Source: an uncultured Cytophagia bacterium (lineage in GTDB: Bacteria > Zhuqueibacterota > Zhuqueibacteria > Residuimicrobiales > Residuimicrobiaceae). From it: DNA of 64,000 bases. The notes under the pieces are model-generated. The model ran no database searches and was not told the DNA's origin. It worked only from the letters and a program-made list of their open reading frames with translations. The translations under genes and the position numbers were made by a program. The stretch covers positions 22,796-86,795 of the forward strand of contig CAZISM010000001.1 in the NCBI GenBank assembly GCA_964541895.1. The letters run 5' to 3'. Positions 20,245 to 29,855 of the stretch are shown here, piece by piece (the first letter of the stretch is position 1; the number at the start of each line of letters is the position of its first letter).

Positions 20245-23200
20245 ATGAACAGAAAAATTCTGCCGGCTATTCTGCTTACCCTGGTTGGGTTGTGGAGTTG
20301 TGGTGGTGAGAAAGAACAGATTACCAGCAGTTATGCCGTGGATGATTTCCAGGCCGCTCAGATCCGTATTTTGGCGGACGGGCTCGCATCCACTACGCTT
20401 ACCGTTCTGGTCATGGATAGTGTTAACATGCCGGCTGCCAATATTCGGGTCTTTTTCAATACCAGCGCCGGCACCATAACCAAACAGAGCGTCACTTCAG
20501 AGTACGGCAAAGCGACCGCCACGCTGACGGGTGTGGCCAGCGAACTGGATATCACAGCGGTTGTTACAGCCACGGTAATTGACAGCTCCGCCCTGAAGAA
20601 AAGCATTCCTTCTCTATACCGGCTTTCTTTCGCCGGCGAGCCCGGAGAGGCGATACCGTCGTTAAAAAAGGCCGGAGCCGAACCTGGTCCCAGCGCAACT
20701 GTCGAAGTAACGTTTGCAGGCATTTCGTTTTCTTCCGAGCTGGAGAAATCCGTTTTGCCGGCCGATGGAATCAGCCAGGGCCAGGTGCAGATCATCTTGC
20801 GGGAAACCGTTACGGGCAAAAATATCGCCGGCGCGAAATTATCCCTAAGGGCTCGCAAGATTCACATCGTCGGTGAAACCATCACCTCGGAACGTGGTCA
20901 GGCGGAAGTGGCCTTTACGGCCGTCAGTCAGGCCGGCGACGACACGCTGTACATCGACTATGGAGCTTTTAAAAGCAGAGTGCATGTGCTCAAGTTTATG
21001 GCCACCAGACTCAATCTGACACCCGTTCACAGCAAGTTGAAATCGGACGGCAAAAGCCGCACCTCGCTGACGGCTCAATTGGTCAATCATGCCAATAATC
21101 CCGTGGTCGGGGCGACGATTCGCTTTACCTGTGATCAGGGCGTCATATCGGGAACCGCGGTTACCAACAGCCAGGGTGAAGCCATAGCCGAGCTGACCAG
21201 TGCAGCCGCCAACCGTAACGACGTTAAAGTTGTTGCCGATTTTAACGGCGTGCTGGATACGGCATGGGTGGATTATGTAAGCTCCACGGCGGCATGGTTG
21301 GAGCTCTCTTCGGAGGCGGCTGTCCTGCGAGACGGTCAGACCAAATTGACGATGAAAGCGGTGCTGACCGACGATTATCAGCTGCCGGTCGCAGATGCCT
21401 TGATCCGGTTTTCCACTTCTATCGGCAGCGTGGACAGCGTGGTAAAAACCAACAACGCCGGTGAAGCGATGATCCGATATATGCCGGATGCCGGCGAGAG
21501 TGACGTTGTAGCCGCCATCACCGCCAGTCACGATCTGCTGCGCAAAACCAGAACGGTCAAGCTGACCGGCATCAGTTTCAGCTCTGATTCTGCACCGGAT
21601 TCTATCCTGGCGGACGCCAGATCGCAATCCACGATTTCGGTGCAACTGAAAACGACCACCACCCATACGGCGCTGACGGGCGTACCGGTCTATTTTTCAG
21701 CCAGCAAGGGCCGTATCGATAACATGGTGACAACCGACCAGTACGGGATAGCCAGGGCAACGCTGACCTCCAACACGACACCCGGCTCCAGTTCCATCCT
21801 CATCACTGCCGCCGGCTTGAGTAAAACCGTAAACGTTTTTTTCCTCGGTTCTGTCGCCCAGAAAATGACCATACAGCCGCTGGGCAGCCAAAAGCCGGCT
21901 CGCGATGGCATAACTTTGCAGTCCTTCCAGATTCGTCTGCTGGACAATTTGAATAATCCGCTGGCGGATCGCAAAATTGTACTCTCCTCGCTGTACGGTC
22001 GCATCGACAGTCTGGCGACCACCGGCTCCGATGGCACGGCCGTCGTGCAGTATCGGCCTGACGCCAACAGTGCTGATGTGACGGAAACCATCACCGCCCG
22101 CTGCGGGGATCTGGCTACCAACCTGTCGTTCAAGCTGTATGGCATCTCTTTGGCGCTCTCGGTCAGTCCCGACTCACTGCCGGCAGACGGCAAATCCACG
22201 GCAGCCGTCACAGCCCAGTTGAAATACACCTCGGCCAATACGGTGATCCAGGGTGCCACCGTATCGTTCAGCTCTTCTCTGGGCAGCATTCCAACAGCCA
22301 GCGTCAGCGACGGGCTGGGAGTGGCGACCACAAAATTCACGGCGCCGATTACCGCCGGCCTGGCCACTATAACGGGCACGTATGGCGGATTGTCCAAAAG
22401 TGTTTCTGTTAAATTGGTGGCGGACACGCCGTCCACCATTCTGTTGTCGGCGGCACCTGAATTCATCTGGGTGACAGAAACCGGCAACCTGGATTTGACT
22501 TCCATCACGGCAACGGTGCTGTCCACCACCGGCGAAATCATCGGCAACGAGACCGGTCTTCGTTTCGCCATTCGCAACGGTCCCAACGGCGGTGAACAGA
22601 TCACTCCGTCCAGTGGCGCTTCCAGCCGCGAGACCTCGGTACTGCGCACGGTGCAGGGCCGGGCGCGAGCGACGCTGAAATCCGGCATCCGCTCCGGTAC
22701 GGTTGAAATCCAGGCGTATCTCGCCGAGCGGCCTGAAGTCATTTCAAGGAAATCACTGATTGTGATCCGGTCCGGACCGCCCTATATCTATGTCAATCCG
22801 GCCAACAAGAACGATTTCACCACACACATGACGCTGGCGACCGATTATCTGAATCTGTACGGCTGGAATTTTGTCAATACCTTCAACATCAGCGTGTACG
22901 TCGGCGATAAATACAACAATCCGGTCGAAGAGGGCACCACCGTCTATCTGACCACAACGGCGGGCATCGTCACCACAGATGTGAAAACCAATGCGGTAGG
23001 GAAAGGTACCGCGATTCTGATGACAACCAATCCGCGGGCCTACGTCAACCCCAAAGACGGCACAGCCCTGTCACCGCTGCGGATCCCGAATCCGAACGAT
23101 GCCGGATTGATGTTGCCGAACGCTCTGCCTACCTTTGAGGGCTGGCGGGTCAAAGATCTTTTCGATCATACCGGCGAAGGGGATGGCTGCCTGACTCTGC

Positions 23201-23610
23201 TGGCCTATACTCATGGCAAGGACCAGAAATCGCAGGATGCGGTCGTGTTTTCGACTCACAACCTCATCACCAGCGCCGGCATGTATGTCATGGAGGTGAC
23301 GTCTTCGAAATCGGAGTTGCGTCTGGGCGAGTCCACGGTGATCAATATTCTTCTCTACGACATCAATGGCAAACCGCCTTCGGCCGGATCTTCGCTGACC
23401 GTGAGCGCCACGGCAGGCAAGATTTCGGAGGCCAATCTCATGCCCTCGGGCGATCAATACGGTTATGGCGCCACCCGCTACAGTACCACGCTGGTGAACA
23501 CGCTCGATCCGTTGCAGGATAAAGCCACTATATCTGATGTCAATGTCCGTTTGAACAGCCCCAACGGCATGATGAGCCGAACGATCGGCATCCAGCTCTA
23601 CATCAATTAG
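20245..23610 (+). CDS. Large Ig-like (Big_1) repeat lipoprotein of about 1120 aa (invasin/intimin-type repeats); ORF track start 20236
   Basis: Lipobox LVGLWSC. At least eight ~100-aa repeats with Big_1 signatures (TLTAQL..VVGATIRF, AAVTAQLKYT, ISVQLKTT). Confidence 0.8.
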   Translation: MNRKILPAILLTLVGLWSCGGEKEQITSSYAVDDFQAAQIRILADGLASTTLTVLVMDSVNMPAANIRVFFNTSAGTITKQSVTSEYGKATATLTGVASELDITAVVTATVIDSSALKKSIPSLYRLSFAGEPGEAIPSLKKAGAEPGPSATVEVTFAGISFSSELEKSVLPADGISQGQVQIILRETVTGKNIAGAKLSLRARKIHIVGETITSERGQAEVAFTAVSQAGDDTLYIDYGAFKSRVHVLKFMATRLNLTPVHSKLKSDGKSRTSLTAQLVNHANNPVVGATIRFTCDQGVISGTAVTNSQGEAIAELTSAAANRNDVKVVADFNGVLDTAWVDYVSSTAAWLELSSEAAVLRDGQTKLTMKAVLTDDYQLPVADALIRFSTSIGSVDSVVKTNNAGEAMIRYMPDAGESDVVAAITASHDLLRKTRTVKLTGISFSSDSAPDSILADARSQSTISVQLKTTTTHTALTGVPVYFSASKGRIDNMVTTDQYGIARATLTSNTTPGSSSILITAAGLSKTVNVFFLGSVAQKMTIQPLGSQKPARDGITLQSFQIRLLDNLNNPLADRKIVLSSLYGRIDSLATTGSDGTAVVQYRPDANSADVTETITARCGDLATNLSFKLYGISLALSVSPDSLPADGKSTAAVTAQLKYTSANTVIQGATVSFSSSLGSIPTASVSDGLGVATTKFTAPITAGLATITGTYGGLSKSVSVKLVADTPSTILLSAAPEFIWVTETGNLDLTSITATVLSTTGEIIGNETGLRFAIRNGPNGGEQITPSSGASSRETSVLRTVQGRARATLKSGIRSGTVEIQAYLAERPEVISRKSLIVIRSGPPYIYVNPANKNDFTTHMTLATDYLNLYGWNFVNTFNISVYVGDKYNNPVEEGTTVYLTTTAGIVTTDVKTNAVGKGTAILMTTNPRAYVNPKDGTALSPLRIPNPNDAGLMLPNALPTFEGWRVKDLFDHTGEGDGCLTLLAYTHGKDQKSQDAVVFSTHNLITSAGMYVMEVTSSKSELRLGESTVINILLYDINGKPPSAGSSLTVSATAGKISEANLMPSGDQYGYGATRYSTTLVNTLDPLQDKATISDVNVRLNSPNGMMSRTIGIQLYIN

Positions 23611-23642
23611 CATGGGCGTCAACGGGGGATACACGTGGAATT

Positions 23643-24131
23643 ATGAATAATGCAGAAGTTATTCTTACGATAGGCTCGCTGGTGCTGCTGACGCTTTTTT
23701 CGTTGTCCTTGAACGGTTCCATCGTTCAGGATAACATCCAGATGTACCAGAGTGCCCAGGTCACTGAAGCGCTGGTACTGGCTCAACGCTTCATCGAAGC
23801 AGCCGAGACCGCTCAATTCGACGAAAACAGCAGCGCCACCATACCCTCGTCGTTTTCGTCGACGCTCGGGCCGGAAAACGGCGAAGTCTATCCCAATTTT
23901 GACGATATCGATGATTATAACGGGCTATTGATTACGCAGAACTGGGGAGGCAGCATTTCCTTTACGGTCCGCATCCAGGTGTATTATGTTTCAGAGTCGT
24001 CGCCGTTTACTCAGACCCTATTGCGCACGTATAAAAAGTTTATGGAAGTGCAGGTGACCTCGGCCCAGGATGTAACCGTTAACGTGAAACTGGAACGCCT
24101 GTTCGCTTTTCACTATTTCTTTGTAGAGTAG
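23643..24131 (+). CDS. Minor pilin/pseudopilin-like protein (N-terminal TM helix, non-canonical leader)
   Basis: 162 aa. N-terminus MNNAEVILTIGSLVLLTLFSL. Tandem with two similar genes after the secretin. Confidence 0.5.
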   Translation: MNNAEVILTIGSLVLLTLFSLSLNGSIVQDNIQMYQSAQVTEALVLAQRFIEAAETAQFDENSSATIPSSFSSTLGPENGEVYPNFDDIDDYNGLLITQNWGGSISFTVRIQVYYVSESSPFTQTLLRTYKKFMEVQVTSAQDVTVNVKLERLFAFHYFFVE

Positions 24132-24134
24132 TCT

Positions 24135-24722
24135 ATGAATTCGCTCCTGTACATCACCGTTGGATTGATCATTATCGGCATGCTGACGCTGTTGCTCATA
24201 CAAATGGACACCACCGTTAAAATCCATTCCACCTTCATGGTTCATGCTATGGCGAACGGAGGCAACCTGAATGTCATTAGCCGCATCCTGGAGTTTGATC
24301 TGCGCAAAATCGGCCATGGCCTGCGCGCGCCTTTGCGCGCCATCCATGTCGCCGACAGTTCCAGAATCCTGTTCTCGTATGACCAGCAACCGTTCAGCCT
24401 GTTCGACTCCATTCGCGTGGATTACCAGTTGAGCGACAATGCGGTTACGCCCAATCCAAGAGACAAGCTGCTGACCCGGACGGTGAACGGCAATCGACAA
24501 ACCCGGATCTCCATGGGCGTGACCCGGTTGCGCTTTCGCTATTTCAACCAGTCCGGCACCGAGCTGCCGACGCCGGTGGTGTCGGATTCCCTGTCAAAAA
24601 TCAAATCCGTTCGACTGCTCCTGGCCATCCAGAATACCGAGAGCATCAACGGCAAGTATGCAACGGCGTATTACAGCACCCAGATTTCGCCGAAGAATCT
24701 TTTGGTCCGTTACGGACGTTGA
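24135..24722 (+). CDS. Minor pilin-like protein (PilW/GspJ-like architecture)
   Basis: 195 aa. N-terminal helix LLYITVGLIIIGMLTLLLIQ. 3-nt gap to previous gene. Confidence 0.5.
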   Translation: MNSLLYITVGLIIIGMLTLLLIQMDTTVKIHSTFMVHAMANGGNLNVISRILEFDLRKIGHGLRAPLRAIHVADSSRILFSYDQQPFSLFDSIRVDYQLSDNAVTPNPRDKLLTRTVNGNRQTRISMGVTRLRFRYFNQSGTELPTPVVSDSLSKIKSVRLLLAIQNTESINGKYATAYYSTQISPKNLLVRYGR

Positions 24723-24733
24723 GGTAACCGATC

Positions 24734-26002
24734 ATGGGACGATACTCCTCGATGATGGTCATCATGCTTTTCATGGGCGTTCTGTTCATGCGCCTGCAAA
24801 CGCAAAACACCATCGTGCAAGGCTGGAATCAAAAGATGGTGCAGTACAATCGACTGCGGGTTCACAATATTGCCAATGGGGGCGTCACCAATGCGCTGAA
24901 CGCTCTGACCCTGGACGTGAACGCCTCTGCAGCGGTAAGCAATGTCAGTCTGGCCGGCGGCACTTACTCCTACTCCTTCGCGCGCAAGGAGCAGGATGCC
25001 ACTTTGGGGGTTACGGATATCCGCGTCACCGCCATCGGCCGCTATCGCGATTTGAACGACACCGTTGTCGTACTGCTGACCCGCCCCTCATTTTCGCGCT
25101 ACGCTTATTTTACCAATGACGAAGGAACCATCTGGTTTCAGACCGGCGATACACTGACCGGCCCGGTTCATACCAACGGCTATTTCAATATGCAAGGCTA
25201 TCCGGTCTTCTATGGTAAAATAACCAGTCACGGAGTATACAGTTCCTCAAGTCCGTACCGAAAGTATTCGTCTGGCGTTACCAGCCCGGCTTTCGACGGT
25301 GGCTCGGAGTGGGGGGTGCCGACGCTGGAAATGCCAACCGTTATTCCTGCCGATTTGAAAGCGGCGGCGCAATCGGATGGTCTCTATATCGGCACCTATT
25401 CCTATGTATGGATGGAATTCCTGAGCAACGGCACCGTCAAGGTGGCTAAATCCAATTCCAGCAGCACGCCCTCTTCCGGTTCGTATGTCAGCTATGATCT
25501 GAGCTCTTTGAACGGTGTGTTCCTGGTGGAAAAATCAGGCACCACGCCCGTCGTACATGTGAAAGGTACGGTCAATGGCCAGGTAACGGTTGCCTCCTCA
25601 GGTAACATAAAAGTGACGGGCAATCTGCTGCTGGCGGATAATCCGCAGACCAATCCCGCCTCGGACGATATCGCGGGTTTGTGTGCGGCAAAAAATATCA
25701 TTGTAACCAATAATTCGCTGGATGATGATCGTATCATTCAGGCCACCTGCATGACCATGAACACCTCCGTTTCCAGTACAACCAATTTTAATGTGGAAAA
25801 CTACAGTACAACCCGGTACGGCACTCTGAGCCTGCTGGGAGGGCTGATACAACGGGGTCGTGGAGCAGTAGGTACGGTGGGTACGGCCACCACTCGAAAA
25901 GGATATATCAAGGATTATGTCTGGGATTCCCGGCTGCAGGACATAGCACCGCCCTATTTCCCCATGCTCTTTGTGCTGCGCAAAATATCCTGGTATGATT
26001 AA
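24734..26002 (+). CDS. PilX-like minor pilin/pilus assembly protein
   Basis: 422 aa. N-terminus MMVIMLFMGVLFMRLQTQNTIVQGWNQ resembles the PilX_N helix followed by Q/N-rich segment. Large beta-rich body. Confidence 0.5.
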   Translation: MGRYSSMMVIMLFMGVLFMRLQTQNTIVQGWNQKMVQYNRLRVHNIANGGVTNALNALTLDVNASAAVSNVSLAGGTYSYSFARKEQDATLGVTDIRVTAIGRYRDLNDTVVVLLTRPSFSRYAYFTNDEGTIWFQTGDTLTGPVHTNGYFNMQGYPVFYGKITSHGVYSSSSPYRKYSSGVTSPAFDGGSEWGVPTLEMPTVIPADLKAAAQSDGLYIGTYSYVWMEFLSNGTVKVAKSNSSSTPSSGSYVSYDLSSLNGVFLVEKSGTTPVVHVKGTVNGQVTVASSGNIKVTGNLLLADNPQTNPASDDIAGLCAAKNIIVTNNSLDDDRIIQATCMTMNTSVSSTTNFNVENYSTTRYGTLSLLGGLIQRGRGAVGTVGTATTRKGYIKDYVWDSRLQDIAPPYFPMLFVLRKISWYD

Positions 26003-26048
26003 AAGAGGGTAGCAGCCCGAGTCCCCGGCGGATTGAACGACAGACAGG

Positions 26049-26095
26049 AAACGCCCGGAGCGGTCGCAGAGTGCGACAGCATCCGGGCGTTTTTG
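26049..26095 (+). terminator. Rho-independent terminator ending the pilus gene array (aaacgcccgga/tccgggcgttt stem plus T-run)
   Basis: Read directly. Confidence 0.55.
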
Positions 26096-26146
26096 AGTTA
26101 GTCAGAGATTCACGCCGTCGGTTTTGGCACACGGCGCGGCCGGCCG

Positions 26147-27646
26147 TCATGGCATGATGATCACCACATCGATGCGGCGGTTTTGCATGCGACCTTCGGA
26201 TGTTTCGTTGTTGGCAATGGGGCGGCTTTCACCGTAGCCGATCGCTTCGATGTTTTCCGCTGCGGTGGCTGCATTGGCGATAAAATAGGAGCGAACCGAT
26301 TCGGCGCGTTGGCTGGAAAGGCGTTCATTATAGCGCTCATCGCCCACATGGTCGGTGTGACCTTCGATGATCACTCTGGAATCCGGATATTCGCGCATGG
26401 CCCGTTCCACTTTGGCCAACAGGCTAAAGTACTCTGGTTGAATTACGGATTTGCCGACCGGGAAGGTCAGGCCGATCAGGCGCACGATCAAATGCTGTCC
26501 GTCCAGCAATACCGACGCTTCGTTGGCGTTGAACATGTCGCGCACCTTGACGATGCGGGCTTCGCGCCGCTGTTTCTCTTCCAGCTCTTTCTGCTTGGCC
26601 AGCAGCTCACCCTGCAGTCCGGCCTCTTTTTGTTCAAAAGCCAGTTTTTGATTTTCCGCCTTTTCCGTAAGGGCCGTGATTTGATTTTTAAAAGCGGCTT
26701 CCTGTTTCAGATAGCTCTGTTGATTTCGTTCTGATTCCGCATGAAGGTCTCGCAGATCTTTCAGCAGCGAGCTGCGCTCTTCTTTCAGACTTTTGATGGC
26801 ACTGACCATGTTCTGCGTGGGCCGGCTTAGTACGGTATCGAACGTGGCGACAAAACTGAGCTCCCTGGCCACAGCTGTCAAAGCATCTTCGTACTGGAGT
26901 ATGATCTCTTCGCTGGTACGCTTCTTCTCCTTGAGATAGCGGGTGATCTGCAGGGCATGGCGCGCCTCATAGGTGGCCTTTTCCGCTTTTTCTGTGGCCT
27001 CGGCTACAGCATGGCGGTTTGAGTTGAGGGTTTCCTCGGCCAGCGTCAGCAAGGATTTGGCCGTGGCAAAGGTTTTGGGTGCCTGCTTGTCCGCTTCCAT
27101 CTTTAGCGCCATGGCCACCGCCTCACGGGCCGGTCCGATGACGCTGATTTTGATGGCCACCAGTTCGGAATCGCGGTAGCGGTTGGCCGCTTCCAGCGCT
27201 TTTTGTTTGGCCTTTTGGCTGTCCCCATTCTCAACCGCTGCGCCGGCTTCTTTAAGGGACAGCTCGCTTTTATTGAACTCGTCGAGCGCCACTTCCGGGG
27301 CGCGGGCGTTTAAAGCATCTTCGCGTGCTTTCAGGACCTCCTTGAAAAGGGTTTGACCGTTCCAGAGCGCCAGTTCTGTCTTTTTGACATATTCATTCAT
27401 TTCCTGCAGCCGTTTGCGCACTTCGGGCGCTTCCTTACCTTTTCGAAAATCCTCCAGAGCACGGCCATACAGGGTTGAAACCTGTTCAAAGGCATTAGGT
27501 GACAACAGATCGGCATGCTGTTTTTTCAACTCGGAGATTTTTTTATCCGGCTCCGTGAACAGCAGTTTGAAAAGTTCGTTGTTTTGCGCCGGCAGCGCCC
27601 ACACCAGGCCAAGCAGGCCTGCCACTACCAATAACCGCTTCGACAT
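26147..27646 (-). CDS. OmpA-family peptidoglycan-binding protein with long N-terminal coiled-coil region
   Basis: Signal peptide MSKRLLVVAGLLGLVWALPAQ (GGAGGTGG RBS). C-terminal OmpA_C domain: EGHTDHVGDERYNERLSSQRAESV..RRIDVVI. Confidence 0.85.
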   Translation of the reverse strand: MSKRLLVVAGLLGLVWALPAQNNELFKLLFTEPDKKISELKKQHADLLSPNAFEQVSTLYGRALEDFRKGKEAPEVRKRLQEMNEYVKKTELALWNGQTLFKEVLKAREDALNARAPEVALDEFNKSELSLKEAGAAVENGDSQKAKQKALEAANRYRDSELVAIKISVIGPAREAVAMALKMEADKQAPKTFATAKSLLTLAEETLNSNRHAVAEATEKAEKATYEARHALQITRYLKEKKRTSEEIILQYEDALTAVARELSFVATFDTVLSRPTQNMVSAIKSLKEERSSLLKDLRDLHAESERNQQSYLKQEAAFKNQITALTEKAENQKLAFEQKEAGLQGELLAKQKELEEKQRREARIVKVRDMFNANEASVLLDGQHLIVRLIGLTFPVGKSVIQPEYFSLLAKVERAMREYPDSRVIIEGHTDHVGDERYNERLSSQRAESVRSYFIANAATAAENIEAIGYGESRPIANNETSEGRMQNRRIDVVIIMP

Positions 27647-27844
27647 AGCCACCTCCATGTTAATTGGCACAAGAAGAAATTACCATTTTTATCTTTGTAA
27701 AGCAAGCATTTATGATATACACCGCTGTGCGCCTACCTATTCCATAACATAGATGGTGCAGCTTGTGTTCCAGAATTTCAAAAATGCGCTATATTTTTCC
27801 GGCTAAAACTCTTATATTAATTTTACTGTGGAAAGGATCGTGTA

Positions 27845-29611
27845 ATGGCGAACATACGGATAAAATTGCTCCGGCTGGCCGGCCTCTTTTTGATATCAGG
27901 TGCCACTGTAGCCGGTCAGCCCACCCGATTTGAGCTTACACAAGGGGCCGAGACCGCCAATCTGGATGAAACCTACGACTATTTCAGCCGGCTGGCACGC
28001 GCATCCATGCAGGCCAGGTGGCTGTCGTTCGGGACCACACCGGAAGGGCGTGCCATGAATATGCTGATCGTCTCCGCAGATGGCTGCTTTACGCCGGAGC
28101 AGGCTCACCGCCGTCGAAAACCCATCATACTGGTTCAGGGCTGCATCCATGCCGGCGAAACCGAAGGCAGTGATGTGTGTCAAATGCTGGCGCGCGATCT
28201 TGTTGTCCGAAACGCCTACCCGGACCTTATGGAACATTTAATCCTCATTTTCATTCCGGTGTTCAACGTTGACGGTTTTTTTCGCTTCTCACCCTATCAT
28301 CGCATAAACCAGAATGGTCCGCGTGAAATGGGATGGAGAGCGACGTCCACGCGTCACAACCTCAACCGTGATTTCATAAAGGCCGACACACCCGAAATGC
28401 GGCAGTGGCTCAAGATGTTCCACAGCTGGCAGCCGCATCTCTTTTTTGATTGTCACACCACCGACGGCCAGGATTTTCAATACGTTCTTACTTATAACAT
28501 CGATACCCATCCCGAGTATGGCGGCGCTGTTTCGCAGTGGGCGAAGGACGATCTGCTGCCGCCATTGCGGCGTGCCCTTGGTCGGCGTGGTTTGATAACA
28601 GGACCCTATGCCGGGCTGATCGATGAAAAAAAGCCGGAACAGGGTATGCTCGGCGGCGTATGGCGGCCTATGCTGTCCAACAGTTTTGCCACGTTATGCA
28701 ATCGTGCCGGTTTTTTGATTGAGGCCCATTCCCTCAAGCCCTATAACCAACGCGTCCATGCCACCATGGATCTCATCCTGGAGAGTCTGCATCAACTCTG
28801 CGCAGCGCCGGACGGGCTGGTACAGGCGGTACAGAATGAAGACGCCAAGGCTGGTCGCTGGGCTGGATCAGCAACTGCAGCGATCCCGCTGCAGTTTAAG
28901 ACCTGTATGGACCGGTACGACACTTTAACCTACTACGGTTATAAAACCGAATATGTCAGGGGTGTCATCAGCGGACAAACGTATCCGGTTTATACGCAGC
29001 AACCGCAAAATACGGCCAGCAAGTACTATAATGATGTGGAAACGGTGGTCTCGGTTCAACCGCCGCTTGGCTATATCGTACCGGCGCAATGGACGGCGGT
29101 GTTGGATGTTTTGGCGGCCCATCAGATCCCGCTGCTGCGTTTGCCGCGACCCATCTCACAGACCTTTGAAATGTACCGTTTGCAGGATGTCCGCTTTCGA
29201 ACTAGTTCCTATGAGGGCCGACAGACGGTGACCTGTTCTGCCCAGTCGGTTCGGGTAAACAGCACCTTTGATGCTGGCGACGTTTATGTTTCTCTTAAAA
29301 CACCTAAAGCTAAACTTATCATGTACTTGCTGGAGCCACAATCTCCGGACGCTCTCCTCGCTTGGGGCTTTTTTAACACCATCTTTGAGGATAAAGAGTA
29401 TTTTGAAGAGTATGTCATGGAGCCCATGGCGCAGCAGATGTTAAAAATAGATACAACACTGGCAAAGCGTTATTGTCAAAAACTTGCACAGGATTCACTG
29501 TTTGCCGCATCTGGTCGCGAACGCCTGCGCTTTTTTTATGAAAAATCACCCTATTTTGACGAAGAAAAGAATCTATATCCAGTGGCGCGGGTAGTGAATG
29601 CCATTGAATAA
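27845..29611 (+). CDS. Secreted M14-family zinc carboxypeptidase
   Basis: Signal peptide. Zn ligands HAGETEG (HxxE). NLNRDF motif. Downstream His in FFDCHTTDG. Confidence 0.75.
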   Translation: MANIRIKLLRLAGLFLISGATVAGQPTRFELTQGAETANLDETYDYFSRLARASMQARWLSFGTTPEGRAMNMLIVSADGCFTPEQAHRRRKPIILVQGCIHAGETEGSDVCQMLARDLVVRNAYPDLMEHLILIFIPVFNVDGFFRFSPYHRINQNGPREMGWRATSTRHNLNRDFIKADTPEMRQWLKMFHSWQPHLFFDCHTTDGQDFQYVLTYNIDTHPEYGGAVSQWAKDDLLPPLRRALGRRGLITGPYAGLIDEKKPEQGMLGGVWRPMLSNSFATLCNRAGFLIEAHSLKPYNQRVHATMDLILESLHQLCAAPDGLVQAVQNEDAKAGRWAGSATAAIPLQFKTCMDRYDTLTYYGYKTEYVRGVISGQTYPVYTQQPQNTASKYYNDVETVVSVQPPLGYIVPAQWTAVLDVLAAHQIPLLRLPRPISQTFEMYRLQDVRFRTSSYEGRQTVTCSAQSVRVNSTFDAGDVYVSLKTPKAKLIMYLLEPQSPDALLAWGFFNTIFEDKEYFEEYVMEPMAQQMLKIDTTLAKRYCQKLAQDSLFAASGRERLRFFYEKSPYFDEEKNLYPVARVVNAIE

Positions 29612-29855
29612 TAAATTATTTTAAAAAATGCTTGCTTATTGATCATTTTATGCATACCTTCCATAGAGGCCATAACATTTCGCTATGGTTAGGGGTTAGC
29701 TAGCTTACGCTCTCGGGAATTTTGGTCCTCACCATCTCATTTCACAGCATCTCGCATTCGCACACTTTGTAGAGCATCCCAAGTCTTTGCACACCGTTCA
29801 ATTTCCAATCACAGTGACGTAATTGTCAAAGGCATCGTATTATCAGGGAGGCACT

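Noticed and set aside
20845-22742. Minus-strand ORFs (273 and 350 aa) inside the Big-repeat lipoprotein gene
   Set aside because: Opposite a long repeat-structured + strand ORF with lipoprotein signal. Arg/Gly-rich antisense translations.
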